A DNA stretch of 64,000 nucleotides from Mizuhopecten yessoensis (taxonomy: Eukaryota). Under the pieces are notes generated by a model that was not told the DNA's origin, did not search any database, and saw only the letters and a list, made by a program, of their open reading frames with translations. Positions 50,873-63,597 of the stretch are shown in pieces (position 1 is the first letter of the stretch; each line of letters opens with the position of its first letter). The position numbers were made by a program, and so were the translations under genes. The stretch is from the NCBI RefSeq assembly GCF_002113885.1, contig NW_018480060.1, positions 207,496-271,495 of the forward strand. The letters are read 5' to 3'.

Positions 50873-52256
50873 GATGACATGTTGTTATACAGCTAGAGCT
50901 GAAATGATTTTGGTATCCAAACATTTGTTGTATTCGTATAATACAAATTGGCCTGTCGGACATCTCCGCAGTCCTAAGGCAGATGTTTAGAAGACTTGCA
51001 TTACCAGATAGACATCGACAGTGTTCCAAGTGCAATTGATGAGAAACACAACCTAAGAATGAGATTAAGACTGGACCTCCTGTCCTGCAGTGTTTGCCTT
51101 ACATTGTCTGTATTATTAAATCAGTGATATAAATGTACATCACATATATTTTATTTAAAGCCTGATTTGCTTAAAAAATAAACTTATACAAAAGCTTCTA
51201 TTTCTTGACTTGTTGATTATGTATAGTTTTGTTCCAAATAAATTGATCGGGAATTTACTTCTGACTTTTACAAATTGATCATGATATGTTATGATTGAAC
51301 ATACATGTAGATTGACTATAACATGAAAGTTGTAAAGAGTTCTTACGATTTGTAGTGAACCAGAAACTGATTGATTTTTACCATAAACTGCATTCAAACA
51401 ACATTTCTACATACCTGCTAAATGACCCGCATCTTGCGGGTCACACCCGCAAAATTAACCTATCACCCGCGACCAACTCATCACCCGCGCGGGTCATACA
51501 AATCTCCCGCATTCCATCCACATGACCCGGTATGTCGAACACAAAGTATGGCAACCAAAAACATTCATGTTGCTCATTTAAGTTTGGAAAACTGCTAAGA
51601 TTTTTTATTTGGAAACTTTTTTTATAACTGTCAACACATAAAATCAACACTATAAATCGGATTGAATCTTTTTAATTATAAACCACAAGTTCTTACCGGT
51701 ATAGGAAATTATTTGAACTACAAAATAAGATTTTATCAAGGATAAAAAGTGATTTTCACTATACTCCATGTAGTTCTCAAGCATAATATACTCCACCAGA
51801 TTCCAGTATCTGTACACAGAAGATCTATACAAAACTCATCATTAGATCACCGGCTGGTAATTCATGTATAGAAACATATTAGTAACACTGAGGAGACTGG
51901 TTCCACATCTTCCACATATTTTCCTCCTATTTTTTCCAAGTAATACCTGTGTAGAATGTTTTCATGTACACAAATATCGCTGCACAGTAATGTATAAAAC
52001 ACCTCTACACAAGGGTTGGTTCGATAAGGAAGCTGTGTAGTGGTTAAATGTCCAGCATCAACCACTATATATGGACAGACTGTTTTTGCGTAACATCCAG
52101 TATCAACTACTTACATAACAAACTCCCATTATAGAAACCATAGTGTCCCTTGGATAGAACAAATCACAGTATAGTAGAACAGCCTCAATCTGGACCTCTA
52201 ACTGACAAGCTACGCCACTATATATATTTCAATGCCATTTCATCACACTTTGATAT

Positions 52257-52439
52257 TCAAGTCTTTTCATCTTCGTTGCCTGATGATGGTTCTAATTCTA
52301 CAATCCCATTTTGTACCTGGCGATTTGTTCTGGCAGTTTTAAAGTTTTCCTCAGTCACTTCACCTATCTCAATGTCTGATGAATTCAAATCACATTCTGA
52401 GTCGGATTCACTCCCCATATCTGGTACTAGGGAAATATT
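52257..52439 (-). CDS. NOPCHAP1: NOPCHAP1/C12orf45-like last exon (NISLVPDMGSESDSE...GEVTEENFK...IVELE...*); absent from the ORF track
   Basis: 183 nt, acceptor CTTTACAG, phase 0; acidic stretch plus EVT..N.K and I.EL motifs as recalled for C12orf45. Confidence 0.85.
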   Translation of the reverse strand, partial: NISLVPDMGSESDSECDLNSSDIEIGEVTEENFKTARTNRQVQNGIVELEPSSGNEDEKT

Positions 52440-52494
52440 CTGTAAAGATAACCAAACTTTAGACTGAATACAACATCGCTGTAGAGATCCAAGG

Positions 52495-55190
52495 AGACTT
52501 GTGTATATATAAGAGACTTGTGTATATATGAGAGACTTGTGTATATATGAGAGACTTGTGCATATATAAGAGACTTGTGTATATATAAGAGACTTGTGTA
52601 TATATAAGAGACTTGTGTATATATAAGAGACTTGTGTATATATAAGAGACTTGTGTATATATAAGAGACTTGTGTATATATAAGAGACTTGTGTATATAT
52701 AAGAGACTTGTGTATATATAAGAGACTTGTGTATATATAAGAGACTTGTGTATATATAAGAGACTTGTGTATATATAAGAGACTTGTGTATATATAAGAG
52801 ACTTGTGTATATATAAGAGACTTGTGTATATATAAGAGACTTGTGTATATATAAGAGACTTGTGTATATATAAGAGACTTGTGTATATATAAGAGACTTG
52901 TGTATATATAAGAGACTTGTGTATATATAAGAGACTTGTGTATATATAAGAGACTTGTGTATATATAAGAGACTTGTGTATATATAAGAGACTTGTGTAT
53001 ATATAAGAGACTTGTGTATATATAAGAGACTTGTGTATATATAAGAGACTTGTGTATATATAAGAGACTTGTGTATATATAAGAGACTTGTGTATATATA
53101 AGAGACTTGTGTATATATAAGAGACTTGTGTATATATAAGAGACTTGTGTATATATAAGAGACTTGTGTATATATAAGAGACTTGTGTATATATGAGAGA
53201 CTTGTGTATATATAAGAGACTTGTGTATATATAAGAGACTTGTGTATATATAAGAGACTTGTGTATATATAAGAGACTTGTGTATATATAAGAGACTTGT
53301 GTATATATAAGAGACTTGTGTATATATAAGAGACTTGTGTATATATAAGAGACTTGTGTATATATAAGAGACTTGTGTATATATAAGAGACTTGTGTATA
53401 TATAAGAGACTTGTGTATATATAAGAGACTTGTGTATATATAAGAGACTTGTGTATATATAAGAGACTTGTGTATATATAAGAGACTTGTGTATATATAA
53501 GAGACTTGTGTATATATAAGAGACTTGTGTATATATAAGAGACTTGTGTATATATAAGAGACTTGTGTATATATAAGAGACTTGTGTATATATAAGAGAC
53601 TTGTGTATATATAAGAGACTTGTGTATATATAAGAGACTTGTGTATATATAAGAGACTTGTGTATATATAAGAGACTTGTGTATATATAAGAGACTTGTG
53701 TATATATAAGAGACTTGTGTATATATAAGAGACTTGTGTATATATAAGAGACTTGTGTATATATAAGAGACTTGTGTATATATAAGAGACTTGTGTATAT
53801 ATAAGAGACTTGTGTATATATAAGAGACTTGTGTATATATAAGAGACTTGTGTATATATAAGAGACTTGTGTATATATAAGAGACTTGTGTATATATAAG
53901 AGACTTGTGTATATATAAGAGACTTGTGTATATATAAGAGACTTGTGTATATATAAGAGACTTGTGTATATATAAGAGACTTGTGTATATATAAGAGACT
54001 TGTGTATATATAAGAGACTTGTGTATATATAAGAGACTTGTGTATATATAAGAGACTTGTGTATATATAAGAGACTTGTGTATATATAAGAGACTTGTGT
54101 ATATATAAGAGACTTGTGTATATATAAGAGACTTGTGTATATATAAGAGACTTGTGTATATATAAGAGACTTGTGTATATATAAGAGACTTGTGTATATA
54201 TAAGAGACTTGTGTATATATAAGAGACTTGTGTATATATAAGAGACTTGTGTATATATAAGAGACTTGTGTATATATAAGAGACTTGTGTATATATAAGA
54301 GACTTGTGTATATATAAGAGACTTGTGTATATATAAGAGACTTGTGTATATATAAGAGACTTGTGTATATATAAGAGACTTGTGTATATATAAGAGACTT
54401 GTGTATATATAAGAGACTTGTGTATATATAAGAGACTTGTGTATATATAAGAGACTTGTGTATATATAAGAGACTTGTGTATATATAAGAGACTTGTGTA
54501 TATATAAGAGACTTGTGTATATATAAGAGACTTGTGTATATGTAAGAGACTTGTGTATATATGAGAGACTTGTGTATATATAAGAGACTTGTGTATATAT
54601 AAGAGACTTGTGTATATATAAGAGACGTGTGTATATATAAGAGACTTGTGTATATATAAGAGACTTGTGGTTATGTAAGAGACTTGTGTATATATGAGAG
54701 ACTTGTGTATATATAAGAGACTTGTGTATACATGAGAGACTTGTAAATATAAAAGAGACTTGTGTATATATAAGAGACTTGTGGATATATGAGAGACTTG
54801 TGTATATATAACAGACTTGTGTATATATAAGAGATTTGTATATATATAAGAGACTTGTGTATATATAAGAGACTTGTGTATATATGAGAGACTTGTGTAT
54901 ATATAACAGACTTGTGTATATATAAGAGATTTGTATATATATAAGAGATTTGTATATATATAAGAGACTTGTGTATATATAAGAGACTTGTGTATACATG
55001 AGAGACTTGTAAATATATAAGAGACTTGTGTATATATAAGAGACTTGTGTATATATAAGAGACTTGTGTATACATGAGAGACTTGTGTATATATATGAGA
55101 CTTGTGTATAATAAGAGATTTGTATATATATAATAGACTTGTGTATATATCAGAGACTTGTATATATATAAGAGACTTGTGTATATATAA
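52495..55190. repeat. 19-bp minisatellite (GAGACTTGTGTATATATAA), ~140 units, in NOPCHAP1 intron 3
   Basis: Direct periodicity; the central ~2 kb is almost invariant. Confidence 0.97.
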
Positions 55191-55642
55191 GGCTAGTTAC
55201 TTTCAGTTATCTTCATTATCAGTATACTCACAGTTAGTGATGGGCTGATGTTTGATTATAATAAAAAATAAACTGTTTGCCCTTTCAAATTCTGATTATC
55301 GATTACAAGTTTCATAATAGATATAACTGATTCATTACTGAACACTATTGTCAAATGTATCCAACCTGTACAGTAATGTATGCATTGAAAATATTCATTT
55401 TGTGGATTTTTATTAAATGATTGATATCAATGCTGATTTTTTTCTAAAACTTTGTTCAAGTTGTCGGTTAACACATTTTTTTTTTTTTTTAAGGAACCCT
55501 ATCTATGTAACAAGTGTGTTGTCACTTTAGTTGGGTAATTAGTCCAATTAAATTATAAACTGATTGTGAAATCAATCATGAATCAGTTTACTACTTCCAA
55601 TTACAAATAGATAAAGATTTAAAACTGGCCATCACTACTCAC

Positions 55643-55779
55643 CATCTCTATGACCTTCTCCGTGTCCTCTGACACACTCTCTATGTCCACCATACTGGCA
55701 GGTACCCTCGTAAGCAGGCTGGTCAGGTCCTCGTTAGCCTTCGCTATCTTTGGCAAGAAACTTTTTACATCAGATAAAA
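55643..55779 (-). CDS. NOPCHAP1: NOPCHAP1-like exon 3 (VLSDVKSFLPKIAKANEDL...VDIESVSEDTEKVIEM)
   Basis: 137 nt, CAG/GTGAGT bounded; L..V..FLP.(I/M)A.AN..L and IE...KVI.M signature of the DUF4598 family. Confidence 0.9.
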
Positions 55780-56236
55780 CTGAAAACAGGGAAGAAAGAC
55801 ATGAGCAAATAATATTCCCACCCCTGGGTATTTAAGTAAAGTGTAGAAAGGCTCTGCTTCAACGTTTTCAATTCCTGCCAATTGGAGTATTCCCCCTTGT
55901 ACACAGAAACTGAAGGATTTTTTTAATGGGTAATTAAGATTTCCCTGGGGAAATATCCATCTTTCATTCTGATACTGTGTATTCATGGCAAGCCATTTTA
56001 ACATTTAATAATATTTCATCTTAGGTAAATCATATTTTAAATTTATTTCACTTAAGTGAAATCGTTTTTACCTTAAGGTAATTAAACAGATTTTATTTTG
56101 CATTATGTATTATTTCACTTTTACAAATCCTAGATAGCAACATGGGTAAAGTGTAGGATCAGCAGTACAAGAGAAATAAAATTGTTACCTGGAAATTGAT
56201 TCTCTGTTTATATACTTGCCAACATTTTGAAAATGC

Positions 56237-56826
56237 CATGGGGGAGATAACACATGGGGGAGATTACACATAGGGGAGACTACACATGGGGGAGGTTACA
56301 CATGGGGGAGATTACACACGGGGAGATTACACATGGGGGAGGTTACACATGGGGGAGGTTACACATGGGGAGATTACACATGGGGGAGATTACACATGGG
56401 GGAGATTACACATGGGGAAGGTTACACATGGGGGGCGATTACACATGGGGGAGGTTACACATGGGGAAGGTTACACATGGGGGACGATTACACATGGGGG
56501 AGGTTACACATGGGGGAGATTACACATGGGGGAGGTTACACATGGGGGAGATTACACATGGGGGCGATTACACATGGGGGCGGTTACACATGGGGGAGGT
56601 TACACATTTGGGGAGGTTACACATGGGGGAGGATACACATGGGGGAGGTTACACATGGGGGAGATTACACATGNNNNNNNNNNNNNNNNNNNNNNNNNNN
56701 NNNNNNNNNNNNNNNNNNNNNNNNNNNNNNNNNNNNNNNNNNNNNNNNNNNNNNNNNNNNNNNNNNGATTACACATGGGGGAGATTACACATGGGGGAGA
56801 TTACACATGGGGGCGATTACACATGC
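56237..56826. repeat. 16-bp G-run minisatellite (CATGGGGGAGATTACA), with gap
   Basis: Direct periodicity; a G4-G6 run in every unit. Confidence 0.95.
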
Positions 56827-57236
56827 TCAGGATTAAAACAAAAATATAATGTGTGGATTTCCACCCTAGGGGGAAAATAACACTTTTAATGGTGTCATTT
56901 GAGCTGTTCTTTCAGGTGAAATCATCAGACCTTAAAAAATAGGAATAGTTTAGCAAATTCACTAGTTGAAATTGTTCAATTTTAGGGTCCAAAATCGGGA
57001 GTCTCCCTCCTAAATAGGGAGAGTTGGCATGTATGTGTTCATAGTAGGTTATCTTTCCCATGTAATTGCATTAGGCAAAGAAGCCCTATTTAAATTTTGT
57101 TTTTGAACTCAATCTATTTATGGCAACAGTGACACTGACCTTTTCACCAGAGAAGCAATCAAATTGTGTTACGGAACGGTATATTGGTACAGTAATACAT
57201 TAGGCTATAATACTACAGTATATTGAGTCAAGGTAC

Positions 57237-57335
57237 CTGAGCTTGGAGGTGGTCGAAATGTTTTCCTTGGTCCAGCAAGTTTTGCTGCTTTACATTTTTT
57301 ATTCACCAATAGTTGATCTGTAATTCCATTACCTC
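57237..57335 (-). CDS. NOPCHAP1: NOPCHAP1-like exon 2 (GGNGITDQLLVNKK...RKTFRPPPSS)
   Basis: 99 nt, TTTTCAG/GTACCT bounded, phase 1-1; GI.D.LL.N motif. Confidence 0.82.
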
Positions 57336-58387
57336 CTGAAAAAAACAAAAAAAACCAGTAATAATGGAGCAATGCTAATTTTACTATAACAGAATCTCCT
57401 CAATATGTACTGCGTAATGTAATCATTATCCTAATTGTATATTTACCATCAATATATCACTTTTAAAATGTAAGCATCAATTCTGGATTAAGACTTTTGA
57501 TTCTTTCGAATGCATGTATTGACAAACAATAGTCTAATAATTGTGTAAAGTATCTTTTTTATTTTAGTTCTTATACTCTCTTCAATACTTTACTGTACCA
57601 TCTGAAGAAAACAATCACATAGACCAGTAATTGACGCTAAAAATTAAAACAACGAACCAGGGCAGATCCATAGCGACAGGGTTTAATATGGGTTAGGGCA
57701 ACTTGTGGAAACCGGGGCAAGTTTGGCCCTGGGGTAACTCCGGCCACTCCTGATATTTTAGTCTTGCCAAGCAAATATTGACAACTTTGAGGATTTTAGC
57801 AGTGCAATTCACTGGGCAGGACATTCATACGGAAAAAAAATGACAGGAAAACTATAATTATAGATTACTAAAAGCGAGAAAAACATTTTTTGGGAGGGTA
57901 GAAAGAAAATTATGACCTCACTTCTTTCTAGTTATGCAAACTTTTGGTAAACCGAAATGCTACTTATTGATAGCATACGTGTAACAAACCGACAGCTTCA
58001 CATGATGGTATACAAACAAGCCTAGCATTGAGTTTCGCATTGCTCTATTATACAGAGGTTCGTCCCATGACACAGGGACAGGTTCGGCCAAGGCCATTCA
58101 CGGGAAGCCTGGCATTGGCGGAAAAATATGACGTTGCATGCTTTCTGACGTCATAATTATGCAAATTCCAATGTGGGCCGAACTTACATGTACCCAGACA
58201 TCCCAACGTTTAACAACTCTTCTCTTCAAATACGGGCATGTTTGCTATTCTGTTATAGTTTTATGAAGGGCATGGACTTTTCTCTTCCGAAATTTAAAAA
58301 AATACTGTCCAGAACGACTTTAAGATACCCAAAATTCATCAACTCTCTGCTGTTATGTACTTCCCTACCTTTCACATACACAGCAAT

Positions 58388-58519
58388 ATAGTGTTAACGG
58401 TACACTGATAGACATGGCTTACTGAACTCATGTTGTTGATAGTGGTAACGGTAGATTGATAGACATGGCTTACTGAAGTCATGTTGTTGATAGTGTTAAC
58501 AGTACATTGATAGACATGG
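58388..58519. repeat. 51-bp tandem repeat, ~2.6 units
   Basis: ATAGTGTTAACGGTACACTGATAGACATGGCTTACTGAACTCATGTTGTTG. Confidence 0.8.
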
Positions 58520-58534
58520 AAAAAAGAGAGTGAT

Positions 58535-58670
58535 GTCTGATAGGGTTAGTTGTTATCCCTCCGATGGCACTATGGTTTTCCTCCACCACGAAAACACCAT
58601 TTGTTCCCTTAGCAGCGTCGTAATAAAAGCTCTACAGAGGTGACGTTACATAAAGATTATTATTATTATT
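58535..58670 (+). mobile_element. SINE 3' remnant with (ATT)n tail
   Basis: GGTTTTCCTCCACCA core motif, then GTGACGTTA and (ATT)5. Confidence 0.5.
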
Positions 58671-59029
58671 CACGTATCCGGTTGAACCTAAAAAGAAAAC
58701 GACAGGTACAGATCTGAACCGAGGCTGACCTCAGGTAACACGTATGTAAAAAAAATAAAGATTATTCACAATACCTATGGAACTGAAAAACTTGTCGTAA
58801 CATGGCCGCCAGTCGCACGCGCTGTAGTCTCCGCCATCTTGATCTCGAAACAAGTTCTCGTTTGCCGAATCTCGAACAAACGTTACATTTTTGTAAGATT
58901 TAAAACTTATATCTAACTATAGGATACTTAAATATTTGATTTGGTTAAAGATGTAAATTCTCTTGACATAACGTTACCGGCTACATTGCTCTAGTTCTGA
59001 ATGGTCGAAATATTATGGTATCGGCAGTG

Positions 59030-59086
59030 TGGTCTCGTTCAATCAGACGCTTGCGCAGACAACAAGAGTCTGGTTGAACGAGACTA
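59030..59086. mobile_element. ~57-bp palindromic mini-element
   Basis: TGGTCTCGTTCAATCAGAC ... GTCTGGTTGAACGAGACTA inverted arms. Confidence 0.6.
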
Positions 59087-60034
59087 TCACGCAGAGTTAC
59101 GGTCCTTGCACTCCCGACGACAACTCTGGGTAGAGATTGCAGTGGTATATATATATATTTAGAAAACGGAATATCAACAAAACAATGTGCTGGTTGTCAA
59201 CAAAAAGGGAGTTTATCGCAGTGACGCAAAACGATAGGATAAAAAACATACAAGTATTTTCATAAGAATTTTTTTATTGATATTTTGCATGAAAAAAATA
59301 GACTGAAGAAAAAAATTGAATCCATACTGTAACATTTTCATTTTTGATTACTATCTCACAGCTATTTTTTATTAATAAAAGAAAATCTGCTGTTTTACAA
59401 ATCTGCACGATTTAAAAAAACAAACTACAACTTTATGATTCAAATTCTAATTTAGGAAACAATACATTTTCTCTATTGCTAAAACTATACATAAAGAAGA
59501 GACATATAAAGCATATAGTCAGTTAGTTACTGAAACAAATGTATTCATCCACAATATATATATGATATATAGATCTATTGACTCTCTTGGCTGCAATGAT
59601 GGGTATTGAAAAATGACAAAAATTGTGATTTCGCATATGCTTCTTATTTTAATAGAAACTTATATAAATCCAGTTTTTATAGCATTGAACAAATTAATTT
59701 TTACACATAAAAAGCACAAAAATTGTAAAATACTTTGCATAAATTCTATCTGGATGCAGTATTATAAATCATTGAAGTTAAGTTTGAAGTAATCCAAAGG
59801 GCTTATTCGTGAATATATATACATATATATATATATATATATCTTTTCATGGATATCAGATACCTATGCTATTATACATGATTAACAATATCCATCCTAA
59901 TATGTTTTATTTCAATGTCTTTGTAGAATATGCTGCACTTGATTTTTGCAATGGATTCAAGAGCTGCAAATTTAAATACTTATATAGAGTCTAATGAACC
60001 TTTCGCATTCTCACATTAATGTCATGTCATCATA

Positions 60035-60195
60035 GAGGGCGGAGCTCTCTCACGGGCCCGAAGGGCCCGTGAGAGCGAAGCTCTCCCTATAGGTAACATG
60101 TATGTAAAAAAAATATAGATTATTCACAATACCTATGGAACTGAAAAACTTGTCGTAACATGGCCGCCAGTCGCACGCGCTGTAGTCTCCGCCAT
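60035..60195. mobile_element. Hairpin-capped 161-bp insert between 96-bp direct repeats
   Basis: 59939-60034 equals 60196-60291 (2 mismatches); 60091-60195 equals 58733-58837 (2 mismatches). Confidence 0.75.
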
Positions 60196-60620
60196 TTGAT
60201 TTTTGCAATGGATTCAAGAGGTGCAAATTTAAATACTTATATAGAGTCTAATGAACCTTTAGCATTCTCACATTAATGTCATGTCATCATACGCCTAGGC
60301 GGAAAACTTCAAGATATCAAACATCTTGTCAGCCAAAAAGAAATCAAGAAAGGAAACTTAACTGTAATATACACTGTATAGCTATACATGTAGGTCTGAT
60401 TTAGTCATTCAACACATCACTCAATGCTTGAAAGTTTACAGTACCGATATTCCGAAACATTTACAGTACAACCTGGCTCCGCCCTCACTAACGGCCGTGC
60501 CGTAAAACATATTAGGTCTTTACAGCTATATAGCTCAATCGGCAGAGTGTACTGGACCTGTTACTTGCGTTATATTCAACATCAAGATTGAATAAAGTGA
60601 TAAACGAGGGGAATGCGTAC

Positions 60621-60741
60621 CATTTATGTTCAGTAAATCTTTTGATTTCGTTAAATGTTGTTTTGTTGTATCTAAAGATACACAATCACCGGTAACTTCT
60701 TGCATGCTTTCGTTCACGACTTCTTCCATGGGCGCAGCCAT
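60621..60741 (-). CDS. NOPCHAP1: NOPCHAP1-like exon 1 (MAAPMEEVVNES...SKDLLNIN-G); protein ~179 aa
   Basis: AAGATGGC start and G|GTACGC donor; four exons total 540 nt in frame; SK(D/E)LL motif. Confidence 0.8.
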
Positions 60742-60970
60742 CTTGAAAAATAGCCTCTATTGAAGGTACAAGAAAAATATTAAGATACGTATATCAATGC
60801 AATATATGAGAATTTATTAGAGATATAAACTGTAACCTCTTAAGTTGAAATTTCAATCGAAAAGCAAATTAAATGATTACTTCTTTTATCATAATATTTA
60901 TTACGATAACAAATTGTTTTGAGAGTAGCAATATGGCCACTGACTTGTTGGCAGACTTTCCGATGTGAGT
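60742..60970. promoter_or_regulatory. Probable compact bidirectional promoter (NOPCHAP1 / SLC41) and short non-coding SLC41 first exon
   Basis: Plus-strand donor GAT|GTGAGT at 60965, about 220 bp from the NOPCHAP1 ATG; next acceptor at 63053. Confidence 0.5.
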
Positions 60971-61537
60971 ATTTTTTGTTTTCAATTCTCTGTCAAACTT
61001 GCTGTTAAGCGACAAACAATGACAAATGGGGATCTTATGAAAACGGAAGACATGATTTCGTTGAAAACGATGACATTTAAACTGACAATTTCTTTATGAA
61101 TTGGATCTATCGTCATCAGCTGATCATGACGAAACGTACACGTACGCCAGCTCACATTATACTGTGATTTACATTTATGCAAAATAAAAGCATAATTAAT
61201 GACTTCTGTTATTTGACAGTTGGTGCTATTTAATGCATGTCATCGTGACACGTACACACATATCGCAAACGTAAAATACATGTGATCATTTCGGCACCAG
61301 GTTTTCGATACATAAATCAGCTTTACAGTAAATCAGTACAGTATGTCCTTTTTTTCTAAAAACGAAATGTATTGAAGAATCTTAACATACATAAATCAGC
61401 GACATACCGAACTTAAAAAAGAAGCAAAGAGCCAAGCAGAAACGTTTCTGGAAGTACCAGAAATTAAAAAAACTATGGAAATTAATTTTGGTAAGTACTG
61501 AAACGTCTTGTAACCCTACGTTTGGAGCTATACTGCG

Positions 61538-61635
61538 AATGTTAAACCAGACATTGTAATAGGCACAGAGACCTGGCTTACAGAAAGTATTCATGATGGT
61601 GAGCACTCAGTTATACCCGCTATAGGAATGACAGG
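61538..61635 (+). mobile_element. Fragment of a LINE AP-endonuclease domain (CR1/L2-group)
   Basis: Translates NVKPDIVIGTETWLTESIHDGE, then after a frameshift YTRYRNDR. Confidence 0.75.
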
Positions 61636-63171
61636 AAAAACAGAACTTAATAAATTAAGTTATAAGTATATATACGTATCAGTCCATACTACCTTCTAAC
61701 ATGCACAGACACCCACGCTGCTCATAATAGAGGGTGTTGCAGTGTGGATCGACGGAGAGATACCAGTTTTTTTCCCATTCCATTTATTCATATGAATATA
61801 TTTTCACTTTTTTACATTTTCAAGGAATGTCCTTGAATTCAGTATGATCCAATCAGGGGCATGTAGTGTAATGATGTCATTTTAATCTCATTTTGATTTA
61901 ATTTATTTAGATGAAGATGTTTTCACTTTATAATTTTTAACAAATGTCCTTGAATTCTAAATGTTTTGGTACACATGCAGTTATTACAGTACTGGTGTAC
62001 ATACTTTCATTTATATCCAATGTAGTGATGTTATTTTAATGTCATTTGTATATAAAGCAATTACCCGCAGTTATGGCATATAATGATAAAGTCAAATTGA
62101 TTGGTAACAGTATATATACATATAACATCTGATGTTGAAGTAGATTATATCTGTCAGCCTAGCAGAGGTGTGCATGCATATGTTTGTCTAACGACTACAT
62201 GAACAACTGTAATTAAACTTGTCTTTGAGAATGACCATATTAGAATGATAATTAATTCTATCTTCATTCTTCCTTGGCTCTTAGCTTTGCATTATTCTGA
62301 ATAAAATGACTTGTAATTTCTTCTTTAAAACATGTTTAAGGGGGTAGAGATATCATAATCCCATCAAAGAAATCAATATCAGACTACTCTTGGATACATT
62401 TTAATTTTGATTTTTTTAATTACAACAAACCTGTGTAATATATTATTAGACGAACTATAGTTGTTTTGGTTAGTGATTAGATTAAAGCTTAAGTCATATT
62501 AAAGGGTTGATTTAGTCACTGGCCCTCCAGCCCAGGCCATTTTTTTTTTAGGTGGTCATTTAATCTTGAATGGCATCATATGCACGCCCTTTAATTGATT
62601 TTGGGCCAGTGAATTTTTGTTCTTACAAAAATAATTGGGCCATCTTATCACTTACCCTTGTAAGTCAGCCCTGCATATTTGCATCAATTGAAGCAAAAAT
62701 ACACAAAAAACGTTGGACAGAACTCAACAAACTGACAGGAAGCTTAAGTTCTGGTATATATGGATACAAATTGTTTATCAAGGAAGGCTTCTAAAGAAAA
62801 AAAGCAATCCAGAAATACAGAAAAAATACATAAGAATAACAAAAAAACAGTTCAATTAAATTAAAAGAAAATTCTGTAAATCTTGGGTCTTTCTATACAA
62901 GCCCAACCTGAGATTTTATGGTATTGGGGGAGATTACTCAAAAATTTGTGCTTAAAACTGAATCTGATGTAACTGATAACTTATTATGTAAATAAAAACA
63001 TAAAGTGTTTGTAGTCAATTATTAACTTTGAATTACATTTTCTGTATTTTCAGATTTCTTTTATGAACCTCGCCTAAACTTCCAGCATGACTTAGTTTGG
63101 ACATTCCTCATTCCATCACCGAAGTATGACTTTGATCTAAGATTTGTCTGTGCTGCTGAGGTACAGCTGTA

Positions 63172-63597
63172 ATGGCTGAGAGAGGTCAAGGTGTATACAA
63201 CCTCCGCAAAAGAATGGTTCCCACCCGCCTCACCTCCAGCCCTATCCCTCCCACCGACATCACCATGACCTCAACCGGCCATGAACCTGCCACAAAACTT
63301 AATGATCTGAAATCTAAACATTTGAATGGGAGAACATTAACGCAAGAAGGTTCGCCAAGTACAAATGATGACGACGATGATGAAGAGGAAGAGACTATAT
63401 TTGATAACAACGTAGACACCAGGCCACTGTTAAATGCTAGCTCATCTCCGGATAGTGATCCCGATCCTGGTGATGTGGAGGCAAATCAACCTATCAGGGA
63501 GGAGACCTGGTTTGAGATAGCACTGCAGGTCTTCTTCCCCTATATTGTAGCAGGCTTTGGCACTGTGGGAGCAGGCATGGTCTTAGATGTTGTACAG
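63172..63597 (+). CDS. SLC41A: SLC41-family (MgtE-like) Mg2+ transporter, first coding exon; gene continues beyond the window
   Basis: EETWFEIALQVFFPYIVAGFGTVGAGMVLDVVQ|GTATGT is the SLC41 TM1 signature; acceptor at 63053. Paralog number cannot be assigned. Confidence 0.93.

Noticed and set aside
52459-55075. 846-aa and 134-aa Y/I/S-rich ORFs
   Set aside because: Translation of the 19-bp minisatellite inside a NOPCHAP1 intron; the invariant core may also be gap-fill inflated.
56254-56880. Gly/His-rich ORFs in three frames
   Set aside because: A stop-free 16-bp repeat with a gap, antisense within an intron.
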